From the NCBI GenBank assembly GCA_021803425.1, contig JAJZLN010000021.1:1252-65251 (forward strand): a stretch of DNA of 64,000 bases, read 5' to 3'. Positions 8,895 through 18,501 of the stretch are shown piece by piece. Position 1 is the stretch's first letter. The number at the start of each line of letters is the position of its first letter. This DNA comes from Candidatus Micrarchaeota archaeon. GTDB lineage: Archaea > Micrarchaeota > Micrarchaeia > Micrarchaeales > CABMGC01. The position numbers were made by a program, and so were the translations under genes. The notes below the pieces were generated by a model. It did not search any database and was not told the DNA's origin. It saw only the letters and a program-made list of their open reading frames with translations.

Positions 8895-9764
8895 TTACTT
8901 TTTATCTTTTATTATAGATTCTATGAAATATTCTCCTGCTCGATATGAGCTCCTTACAAATGGACCTGATGCGGCATACTTAAAACCATACAATAATGCT
9001 TTTTCCTTGTATTTTTCAAATGTTTCAGGATGCACATATTCTTTGACTTCTATATGATGTCTGCTTGGCCTTAAATATTGGCCTATTGCAATGAAATCTG
9101 TGTTTACTGAACGAAGGTCTTGCATGGTTTTCATTACTTCATCCTCAGTTTCGCCTAGTCCCAACATTATTGCCGATTTTGTATAGATGCTTTTGTCCAT
9201 ATCTTTGAATGCCTTTAGGACGCTCAATGATTGACTGTATGTTGCTCTTCTGTCTCTTACATATGGAGAAAGCCTTTCTACAGTTTCTAAGTTGTGTCCA
9301 ATTACGTCAGGATGTGACTTGACTATATTGCTTAGACATTCTGAATCGTTTCTGAAGTCCGGTATGAGCACTTCTACAAAAGTGTTCGGATTGGCTTCTT
9401 TTATACTGGATACGCACTTTGCAAAATGTGAAGAACCCTGATCTGCAAGATCGTCCCTGCAAACAGACGTAAGGACGATATAATTCAATTTCCATTCGCG
9501 AACTATAGCAGCAAGTTTTTCAGGCTCTTTTTCATCTATTTTCAGGCCTTTTGCACTTTTACTTACTGCACAAAAAGTACATCCTCTTGTACATAGATCT
9601 CCAAGCACCATGAATGTTGCAGTGCCCCCACCCCAACATTCACTCATATTTGGACAATGTGCCTCAACACATACAGTATTTAATCCAAGATAATTTATGG
9701 AACTTTTTATTGAAGAATATTTTGATGCATGCGCCGGTTTTATTGACAACCATTCTGGTAGCAA
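8895..9764 (-). CDS. lipA: Lipoyl synthase
   Basis: Auxiliary cluster motif CVEAHCPNMSECW and radical-SAM motif CTRGCTFC; about 290 aa. Confidence 0.9.
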   Translation of the reverse strand: MLPEWLSIKPAHASKYSSIKSSINYLGLNTVCVEAHCPNMSECWGGGTATFMVLGDLCTRGCTFCAVSKSAKGLKIDEKEPEKLAAIVREWKLNYIVLTSVCRDDLADQGSSHFAKCVSSIKEANPNTFVEVLIPDFRNDSECLSNIVKSHPDVIGHNLETVERLSPYVRDRRATYSQSLSVLKAFKDMDKSIYTKSAIMLGLGETEDEVMKTMQDLRSVNTDFIAIGQYLRPSRHHIEVKEYVHPETFEKYKEKALLYGFKYAASGPFVRSSYRAGEYFIESIIKDKK

Positions 9765-9799
9765 AGCCTCACATTATCGTATAGCCGAATAGATATATA

Positions 9800-10345
9800 T
9801 TATATGTTGTTTTTCATAAATTTGCTGAATTTAGCGAATGCTTTACGTCTCATAGAAATCCTGCTCTTTTCTTGCAACGACATTTCAGCAAATGTATGCA
9901 TGCTGCCTTTAGGGATAAATATACTATCCCATCCGAACCCATTTCCTCCTTTTGGATGTAATGCAATACTTCCTTCGATCCTGCCGACAAACACTTTTAT
10001 TTTTTTACCGTTCGAGAATGCTACTGCAGTTTTTGCATATGCACCCCTTGAATCGCACGAATCAACAATCCGGCATATTTTCTCCGTGCCTGCAGACTGC
10101 ACAAGGCACTTTATAAGTGCTCCTGGAAATCCTCCGAGGCTATATATAAAAAGTCCGGTATCCTCTACTAATAGCGGTCTTTTGAATCTCAGATACGCAC
10201 TGATTGCCTTATGCTTTACCACACGCTCTACACTGAGAGATTGCAATTCATCCAATTCATAATTTATGTACTTAAGCTTCACGCCAAGCACATACTCTGC
10301 TTCCTTAAGCTTATGCATATTAGATGTAACTAAACATACATCCAT
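9800..10345 (-). CDS. Non-canonical purine NTP pyrophosphatase (HAM1/RdgB/ITPase)
   Basis: TSNMHKLKE, VEDTGL and GFGWDSIFIP motifs; 181 aa. Confidence 0.85.
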   Translation of the reverse strand: MDVCLVTSNMHKLKEAEYVLGVKLKYINYELDELQSLSVERVVKHKAISAYLRFKRPLLVEDTGLFIYSLGGFPGALIKCLVQSAGTEKICRIVDSCDSRGAYAKTAVAFSNGKKIKVFVGRIEGSIALHPKGGNGFGWDSIFIPKGSMHTFAEMSLQEKSRISMRRKAFAKFSKFMKNNI

Positions 10346-10519
10346 ACTATTATCTAAAACAGAAGATTAATATTAAATCTAGTCGGAATACGTTTGTCTA
10401 GGCCGTTGCTTAGTAAAGTTGCAACACATTTATTTACATAATATGTGCTTTAAGCGCTAATTACATAATTTGTAGAAAATCTTTTTAAATTACCCGAGTG
10501 TAGATTATTTGGTTAGAAT

Positions 10520-11716
10520 ATGCAATTGCATAGAGAGGGAGCTATAACCGCGCCTCAAAAAATTAGTTTAGATTTGGAAACAACGCCTAGCGCTAAGGAG
10601 ACGGAATTACGCAAGAAGCTTATTGAAATATATAAAGACGCGGTTGGAAAAATCGATTTAAAGACCTTGGAGTTAAATCAGATTGAGGATGCCATAAATC
10701 AAAGAGAAGCACTTGCAACGCACCTACTTGAATCTGGAGATGAATTGGGGTCGAACACTGTAAGAAAGGCCACAATAAAATTTCTTTTGGAGACATCTGA
10801 ACATGTTGGAAAAAAGGCGTCGGAATCTTTAACGCTGATTAATGAAGGCAAAAAAAAGGCCATTGATATTAAAGCCCAAATGCAGAATGTTGAGGATACT
10901 CTGTCTAAGTTAAATGAAAAAGGCAATAAAATTATAGAGAATCTTGTTGAAGCAAGGGCAGCCGCAAAGGATACTACTGAAATTGAGAAGCGCTTGGATT
11001 CTAATAAAAAAAGTGTTGCCAAAAATAATGAAGAACTTGATAAATTGAATTCTGAATATTCAAAATTGGAGAATGAAGTTAAAGACAGTTATACCGTGTT
11101 TAAGCAAAATTACCCACTATCATTAGGATTGAAGAGCGCAGCAATGCAGATAATGTTGGCAATGAAAAATGTGAACGATGCGATAAATCTGGCACAAACG
11201 ACATTGGACGAATGCCATAAAATGAATATGTACGGAGGCGCAGCTTCGGGTGAATTGCTGCTCAAAAATGTATTAAAAGTGGTATTTGAACTCTTTAATG
11301 AAAACGACAAAGGGTTAGCACAGAATACGGAAGGTAATAATTCCATGGGCCACACTTATATCGAACTTGCACTGGAAAATGCACTTGATGCTGCAAACAA
11401 GATAGAGGACGCAGTACAACAGGGGGTGAGTGCAAACATATTAAAAGAGGCCGTAGAATTCAGACTTATTGCAACAGAATTTGCTATGGCCAATGGAAAT
11501 CGGTCTGAAATGCATAAAATTATAGATTCTGGAGTTGAACTTTATGAAAGCAGAGGATATGACAAGTCTTTAGTTGCGCAGCTTTTGGAGCATGGTATTT
11601 TATGCGAAAAAACTTTCGAAATAAAAAGCGAAATTGCTGAACTCCAAAGAAAGGATGAGAAATCGGTAGGCAAATCAAGCATCACTGATGCAGGACATTT
11701 TGGGCAATATCTCTGA
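10520..11716 (+). CDS. Hypothetical coiled-coil protein
   Basis: 398-aa ORF. The N-terminal ~200 aa are heptad-like and Lys/Glu/Asn-rich; the C-terminal half is a helical domain. No catalytic motif recognised. Confidence 0.45.
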   Translation: MQLHREGAITAPQKISLDLETTPSAKETELRKKLIEIYKDAVGKIDLKTLELNQIEDAINQREALATHLLESGDELGSNTVRKATIKFLLETSEHVGKKASESLTLINEGKKKAIDIKAQMQNVEDTLSKLNEKGNKIIENLVEARAAAKDTTEIEKRLDSNKKSVAKNNEELDKLNSEYSKLENEVKDSYTVFKQNYPLSLGLKSAAMQIMLAMKNVNDAINLAQTTLDECHKMNMYGGAASGELLLKNVLKVVFELFNENDKGLAQNTEGNNSMGHTYIELALENALDAANKIEDAVQQGVSANILKEAVEFRLIATEFAMANGNRSEMHKIIDSGVELYESRGYDKSLVAQLLEHGILCEKTFEIKSEIAELQRKDEKSVGKSSITDAGHFGQYL

Positions 11717-11745
11717 TTTAGACCTACCCGCTTTCACAGCTTGGC

Positions 11746-12252
11746 TTATCTGTTTGGGCTGTGCATCTGCTTATTGAGATATTTTATTATAATACTGGAG
11801 TCTCTTATAAGGTCAATGAATTTCTGTGTGTTTAGCACAGCATCGCCCTTTGTATGCACTCCTAGATTTTCGAGCATGAAAGCGTCATCAAGCTTTATAT
11901 GGCTTATTTCAATATTTCCCAATCTGATATGGCCAGATATATCAAACATGCCTGCAACGTAGCTTTTTGAAAAATTATTTATCTTCTTGAAAATAAACGT
12001 CTCGCGGCTTACTACGTTCTGCAGTTGCTTTGCTATTCTTGAATGATAAAACCCTATACTTTTATCTTCATCACTGCCGACAATAATCTTGGTTGGCTCT
12101 ACCATTAGATTTTTTATTGCTATTTCAACAAACCTTTCTTTCAATTCTTCTTTAGTAGTGCTTATTGAGACAAAATTCTTAGACTTATGGGAGCTCTTAC
12201 TGAAAAGTCCAGCCATATAGCACAGTTCTGGAGTGAGTTTTATCTTCATCAC
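11746..12252 (-). CDS. Free-standing LAGLIDADG-like (homing-endonuclease-fold) protein, probably degenerate
   Basis: Two LAGLIDADG-like motifs with double-motif spacing: CYMAGLFSKSS (acidic residue lost) and SYVAGMFDISGHI (Asp retained); 168 aa. Confidence 0.4.
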   Translation of the reverse strand: MMKIKLTPELCYMAGLFSKSSHKSKNFVSISTTKEELKERFVEIAIKNLMVEPTKIIVGSDEDKSIGFYHSRIAKQLQNVVSRETFIFKKINNFSKSYVAGMFDISGHIRLGNIEISHIKLDDAFMLENLGVHTKGDAVLNTQKFIDLIRDSSIIIKYLNKQMHSPNR

Positions 12253-12294
12253 TATCGTTTAGATATTGTATATTATGCCTTAAAAATAGCTGTG

Positions 12295-12337
12295 CCTTGG
12301 TGCCCCTTCATGGAATCATAGTCCGAAGGCGCCATGG
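12295..12337. other. GC-rich hairpin in a 194-nt intergenic region (possible small RNA or structural element)
   Basis: CCTTGGTGCCCCTTC (12295..12309) can pair with GAAGGCGCCATGG (12325..12337), with one small bulge. Local GC content is well above the flanking sequence. Confidence 0.2.
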
Positions 12338-12446
12338 CGTCGTTTAACTAGACGAATAACTATTTGTAAGTCCTTATTTAACCGTAGATTGCTGAGAACC
12401 TGGTTTTGCGTATTTGCCTTTCTGAAAACATGGATGTGCCACTAGG

Positions 12447-12977
12447 TTAGCCATGATAAAAATCTATCCTTTCAATTTTTTTGATAGTTTTATGTCCAAT
12501 GCCTTTATCCGTGCAGTCTGCTCTATCAATCCCCTGCGGCAGGTAAAACTTTATTACGTTATCATAAAGCAGGGGAATTGCATCTTTTATTGGCTGATTC
12601 TCAATAAATTGTGCGTGGAAGCCTTCCCTATGGGTAACTAATAACGGCACTGTTGAGACTACGACTCCCATGTGGTATACATAATCATACTGCCTTTCAG
12701 GATAGCAGATCCAAACTGCAAGGCAATGCTTGACCGGCACTGTGACCACTTTAAGTTTTTCAATCTGCTTGGTTATGTATTGAGGCACATATTCATCATT
12801 GTCTATTTCTCCAACAATGTAGAGTGCAGTGCCCCTGCAATTTGATCTGAAAGTGCCTTTGCATAGCACTATCCTATCTTCAACCATTTTGGAATATTTG
12901 CTCTTCATTTGCGCTTCTTGCAAAGCAACAGCCTGTTTGCTTTGATGCATATATTTACCATATGTTTTATGCTGCAT
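12447..12977 (-). CDS. Hypothetical protein with possible papain-like (NlpC/P60-type) Cys-His arrangement
   Basis: 176-aa ORF with SNCRGTALYIVG (candidate nucleophile Cys) and, about 60 aa later, VYHMGVVVSTVPLLVTHREG (His plus a second polar residue). The order and spacing resemble NlpC/P60. Weak call. Confidence 0.3.
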   Translation of the reverse strand: MQHKTYGKYMHQSKQAVALQEAQMKSKYSKMVEDRIVLCKGTFRSNCRGTALYIVGEIDNDEYVPQYITKQIEKLKVVTVPVKHCLAVWICYPERQYDYVYHMGVVVSTVPLLVTHREGFHAQFIENQPIKDAIPLLYDNVIKFYLPQGIDRADCTDKGIGHKTIKKIERIDFYHG

Positions 12978-13085
12978 GTATTATATTAGAATTATGGTAC
13001 ATATATTGCAATTTTTGGACAGAAGTATATCAAATGATACAAAATAAAGTTGTTGGCGTGGCTGGGATTTGCTAAAAAAAGAAAA

Positions 13086-13121
13086 GGATGTAGTCTTGAG
13101 TTTTTAGTGAGAAGACCGCAA
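13086..13121 (-). repeat. 3'-flank arm of the 16S rRNA processing stem
   Basis: GGATGTAGTCTTGAGTTTTTAGTGAGAAGACCGCAA is the near reverse complement of 14677..14712, with identical outer 16 nt and inner 7 nt. This is the expected geometry of an archaeal pre-rRNA processing helix. Confidence 0.8.
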
Positions 13122-13170
13122 TACTGAATTGTTTGTGCACATCGAATAATAAAACTTCGAAAGAAGTTTT

Positions 13171-14656
<1,486 letters not shown>

Positions 14657-14676
14657 TTTAAACTTTGCAATTGTTC

Positions 14677-14712
14677 TTGCGGTTCTTCTTTACACTACTC
14701 AAGACTACATCC
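14677..14712 (-). repeat. 5'-flank arm of the 16S rRNA processing stem
   Basis: TTGCGGTTCTTCTTTACACTACTCAAGACTACATCC pairs with 13086..13121 across the whole 16S gene. Confidence 0.8.
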
Positions 14713-14794
14713 AATTCCAACAGGAATTTTCATAAAACGCATAGAATTTAGCATAGCTAAACTCTATTGCAAAGTATATCTTAACACAGATATA

Positions 14795-14802
14795 TTTATA
14801 AA
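14795..14802 (-). promoter_or_regulatory. Candidate TATA box for the 16S rRNA transcript
   Basis: TTTATAAA lies about 85 nt upstream of the processing-stem arm on the transcribed strand, in an AT-rich spacer. Position-based guess only. Confidence 0.25.
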
Positions 14803-14873
14803 ACACTATCTTTTGCGCTGTACTTGGGCTATAAAGACGTAATCTAACCTGCGGTTCTGGCTATTATTTAAAC

Positions 14874-15509
14874 CTATTGCCTACGCAATCGGTCTATAAT
14901 GCATATGGACTTTACTGCTTCAGGCTTTATGTTTTCATAAGCCCTTATTTCAGCCTCAAACCTCAGTGAAAATGGCTCTGTATTAAGCTTGCCTGTCTGG
15001 CTGTATACAACCCCCTCATATTTTATCTGCAACGCGTCAAATTTTACAACAAAACCATATTGGCCAGTACTCATTGAAAATTCAACGGCAACTGAAGGGA
15101 TTGCAGAAAGGTAAATATAGCCATCATGCTTGTTCGTGCTTATGCCGTCTATAAGTATATCCATAATTGTGTCGTGCATCTTGTCCTGAGTGGCAAATGA
15201 ATATCCCCTATACACGCTTTTAGTGACACTTATGCATCTGTTTATGTTACTAAATATTATATCACTTGCAATATCGTATTTGTTTTTATTTGAAGCAGTC
15301 GAACCTGCTCCGCTTTTTTCCAATAAATCTTGAATTTCCAACGAAAGTATTTTTGAAAGCTTATATTCTTCGGTTGGGTTTTCACAAAATTCGCCTATCG
15401 CTGTTTTTGGATCTCTCCTAATGACATTCTCAAACAGAGTTAAGCCAACCGCATTGCTTTTTAAATTGCGACTACGCAGTTCCATGACTAAATTAGTGTA
15501 TTTTCTCAT
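14874..15509 (-). CDS. Hypothetical protein; possible R-S-ExE mono-ADP-ribosyltransferase fold
   Basis: 211-aa ORF with SVYRGYS (Arg), then YIYLSAIPSVAVEF 34 aa later (STS-like position), then RFEAEIRAY 50 aa after that (ExE). Order and spacing fit C3/VIP2-like ARTs. Motif-level evidence only. Confidence 0.35.
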   Translation of the reverse strand: MRKYTNLVMELRSRNLKSNAVGLTLFENVIRRDPKTAIGEFCENPTEEYKLSKILSLEIQDLLEKSGAGSTASNKNKYDIASDIIFSNINRCISVTKSVYRGYSFATQDKMHDTIMDILIDGISTNKHDGYIYLSAIPSVAVEFSMSTGQYGFVVKFDALQIKYEGVVYSQTGKLNTEPFSLRFEAEIRAYENIKPEAVKSICIIDRLRRQ

Positions 15510-15576
15510 ATTTATAGGTGCTCTTTAATGCGAAAACGCTGCGGATACTAAATGAATGTCAGACGCAGAACAATAA

Positions 15577-16806
15577 TTAATCTACCAAAAAATCTGCAAT
15601 TGCACCAATTGTCCATGCTTGGGGATCACATGGCCTGCTTGATTCTGGAAGATTTTCAGGAGGTATTATTTTACCCGAACGTGACACTGCTATATATTCC
15701 GGGGCACTTTTTAATTCTCTGAATAGTTTTAATATGCATTCTCTTATTGTATTATATTCTTGCATATAACCCATATTCTTTAATCCTTGTGCAATTATCC
15801 AATTATCCTGTATCCAAACAGAGCCCCTTTGATATGCATATTCATCGAAATTTTTATCGTGTTCTGAATGCGTCCTTATCCCATATGGAGTAAGCATATC
15901 GGATTTGAACAGTCTTTTTACAACCTTATCGGCATGCTCCTTATCTATAATCCCTGTAAACAGTAGATGTCCTGGATTGCTGGTTATGATGTCCAGCTTT
16001 TTCCCATGCCCATCAATTGCTAAATGATAAAATTCGTTGCCAGCATCCCAGAAACTTTTATTGAATGCTTCCTTAATTCTATTTGCAACAGCATCCATGC
16101 GATCAGAAAGGCCGTCAAATCCTTCATCCCGGATTATCGGAACCATTGATTTAAGTGCCATGTACGCATATCCCTGTACTTCTACAACAGCTACTGGACC
16201 AACTAAGTTGTCAGTCAGATTTCCTATGCCATCCTTCCAGCTTTGAGACTGCAAACTGCTTCCGTTATAAAGCTTATTGTATTTCAGCATCCCATCCTTT
16301 TCGCAACTATTGATTATAAAGTTAATTGATGCCAGAATGTTAGGCATGAGGGTGTCAAGTAACCTTTTGTCTTTTTTTACATTGTAATAATTGCTTATTG
16401 TTATCAAAAACAACGGGGTGCTGTCTATGGAAAAGTATACGGGTACAAAGGGTTTTAGCCACCCAATTGGTGATTTATATTTTATAAATTCAGCATCAAC
16501 GCCATGATCATAATATTCATGTATTATCTTTCCAGGTTCTTCGCCATTAACTGGATCCGATTTATTTCCTTGAAGCTTTGCAAGCGCCATTATAGAATTT
16601 TTAGGTATATCTGTATTAAATCTCATGAGCTGCAATGATGTGATAAGTGCATCTCTTCCAAAAAGCTCGCAAAATCTCGGAAATCCTGCCCATAGATAGC
16701 CTTCTGGGCGCATAAGCTTGTTTACCATGGATGTTAACTCCGATGGAATATCTTTTTGATTCGTTGCAACGCTGCTTTCTGCCATATTGCGCCTGGTCTT
16801 TAGCAT
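15577..16806 (-). CDS. Amylo-alpha-1,6-glucosidase / glycogen-debranching-enzyme-like (GDE_C, six-hairpin glycosidase)
   Basis: FGRDALITSLQL, QSWKDG, VEVQGYAYMAL and YQRGSVWIQDNW motifs typical of archaeal GDE_C proteins; 409 aa. Confidence 0.75.
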   Translation of the reverse strand: MLKTRRNMAESSVATNQKDIPSELTSMVNKLMRPEGYLWAGFPRFCELFGRDALITSLQLMRFNTDIPKNSIMALAKLQGNKSDPVNGEEPGKIIHEYYDHGVDAEFIKYKSPIGWLKPFVPVYFSIDSTPLFLITISNYYNVKKDKRLLDTLMPNILASINFIINSCEKDGMLKYNKLYNGSSLQSQSWKDGIGNLTDNLVGPVAVVEVQGYAYMALKSMVPIIRDEGFDGLSDRMDAVANRIKEAFNKSFWDAGNEFYHLAIDGHGKKLDIITSNPGHLLFTGIIDKEHADKVVKRLFKSDMLTPYGIRTHSEHDKNFDEYAYQRGSVWIQDNWIIAQGLKNMGYMQEYNTIRECILKLFRELKSAPEYIAVSRSGKIIPPENLPESSRPCDPQAWTIGAIADFLVD

Positions 16807-16983
16807 ATCAATTTTGATTGGTGCTTAATTAGGATTAAAATGCTTTTCTGCTAAAATCCATGCAGAAAATTTAAGGCACATTTGAAGCCAAGCCACAACG
16901 CACGCTTTAAACTTTGAGATGCAGTATTGAAATTAAATGAATTGTTTATAAATCTTTAAATGTACTATGATAACTGATACCAT

Positions 16984-17331
16984 ATGCTTGTGGGGATAAA
17001 GAGCATCTACAAGAAGCCTGAAGCTTTTGATGGAAAACGCATACTTGTAGATAGACTCTGGCCAAGAGGAGTACGAAAAAGCACAATAAATATTGATGCA
17101 TGGATGAAAGATGTTGCTCCAAGCAATGAATTGAGGCAGTGGTATGCCCACGAACCCGAAAAATGGGAAGCATTTAAGAAAAAGTATAAAAAAGAGATTG
17201 AAGGAACAACGGCATTCGAGGAACTAGTAAAACTCGTGAAGACCACTGACGTCACATTCTTATTTGCATCCAAAGAAGAAAAATACAATAATGCCGCTGC
17301 GCTTGCCGCATTTATTAATGAAAAACTTTGA
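16984..17331 (+). CDS. DUF488 (YeaO-like) family protein
   Basis: ILVDRLWPRGVRKS...W.KDVAPSNELRQWYAHEPEKWEAFKKKYKKEI matches the DUF488 consensus; 115 aa. Confidence 0.8.
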   Translation: MLVGIKSIYKKPEAFDGKRILVDRLWPRGVRKSTINIDAWMKDVAPSNELRQWYAHEPEKWEAFKKKYKKEIEGTTAFEELVKLVKTTDVTFLFASKEEKYNNAAALAAFINEKL

Positions 17332-17892
17332 TTACAGTTCCAACTTCTTAAGCTCGAATTTACTTATGCTGGCAATGTTGCTTATGTATTTGACTGCTCC
17401 GGATTGGAAACTGTTGTCAAGAAGCGCATTTACGGTTTCATCAAAAGTATGCGCTGATGAAAATTCACGCTCATATTGGGCTATTGCTTTCCTTATTGCT
17501 GCCTTTTTAGGAGTGCGTATCTTGTTTGATGTGACTATTATCATCTTTAGCGAATAATTACGGCCGTTTTTGTCATTAAGACTGTCCACAGTATATATCA
17601 CACTTGAATGCCTTCTGACTAATGAATGTATATAACTGTACGTCTGCTCTATATAGTCAAGCTCCGTATTTGCATTATTTCCATTAACCTTGAATACTCT
17701 CAATCCGATAAGCATGAATGAATGCTCGGGTTTATGTGTTATCCAGGACATGCTCACTTTTATTAGTCTGCCTGCAATACCTTTTTCATCGTTGGCGGGA
17801 ATTTCGCCTATTGCAGATTCTCCGAATATTTTTGGAGGATATACATTGAACCACATCTTGCTCTTCCATTTGTCCGAGGATTTTTGTGCCAT
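17332..17892 (-). CDS. rps3ae: 30S ribosomal protein S3Ae (eS1)
   Basis: KWKSKMWFNVYPPKIFGESAIGEIPANDEKGIAGRLIKVSM is the characteristic S3Ae N-terminus; 186 aa. It lies downstream of S15. Confidence 0.85.
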   Translation of the reverse strand: MAQKSSDKWKSKMWFNVYPPKIFGESAIGEIPANDEKGIAGRLIKVSMSWITHKPEHSFMLIGLRVFKVNGNNANTELDYIEQTYSYIHSLVRRHSSVIYTVDSLNDKNGRNYSLKMIIVTSNKIRTPKKAAIRKAIAQYEREFSSAHTFDETVNALLDNSFQSGAVKYISNIASISKFELKKLEL

Positions 17893-17897
17893 GATAA

Positions 17898-18362
17898 TCA
17901 GCTCTTTATGATAAGGGCTACTTTTGCAGGATCGTATTTCCAGTCACTTGGAAGCTTTCCGTTATCCTTATAATAATTACTTAAGCGCCATATCTTAGCC
18001 TCTACCCTACTAAGGCTCGTCTTGTTATGGGTATCATTATGATTTCTTTCGATATGCCGCCTTATGGTTATTGCCCTTGTAAGGAGATCCATTAAATCGC
18101 GCGGTATTTCTTCATTGTAGCCATTCTCATTAAGTATCACAGACAATCTCTTTCCAAATATCTGCTTTATGTACTGCACACCATGCTTCTCCTTGAGCTG
18201 CTGGCCTATATGTGCCTTATGCATGCCTTGCTTTACGTATCCTGTAATAAGCTTTACTATTTCCTCATTGCTAAGCTTAAGTTCATCTGGACGCGAATTT
18301 AACTGAACGTCGGGTTTCCTAGACTTTGACTTGCCATGTTTTCCAGTATGCATCCTTGCCAT
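17898..18362 (-). CDS. rps15: 30S ribosomal protein S15 (uS15 / S13e type)
   Basis: MARMHTGKHGKSKSRKP N-terminus and a C-terminal S15 fold (HNDTHNKTSLSRVEAKIWRLSNYY); 154 aa. Confidence 0.9.
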   Translation of the reverse strand: MARMHTGKHGKSKSRKPDVQLNSRPDELKLSNEEIVKLITGYVKQGMHKAHIGQQLKEKHGVQYIKQIFGKRLSVILNENGYNEEIPRDLMDLLTRAITIRRHIERNHNDTHNKTSLSRVEAKIWRLSNYYKDNGKLPSDWKYDPAKVALIIKS

Positions 18363-18501
18363 TAAAACACTATAAATTAAGCCAAGAACCGGAACTGATG
18401 CTTGGCAGTTAAGATAATACTATCAATAATATTTATAAATAGTTCGTATCAGCAGTATTGTTGCATAATTCAGTAATAAAAACATTCGCTACAATTGGTA
18501 T

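Noticed and set aside
12281-12420. Possible 5S rRNA in the GC-rich spacer near the 16S gene
   Set aside because: Neither strand shows the conserved 5S loop-A/loop-E sequence landmarks or the ~120-nt helix I pairing. It is kept only as an unassigned hairpin.
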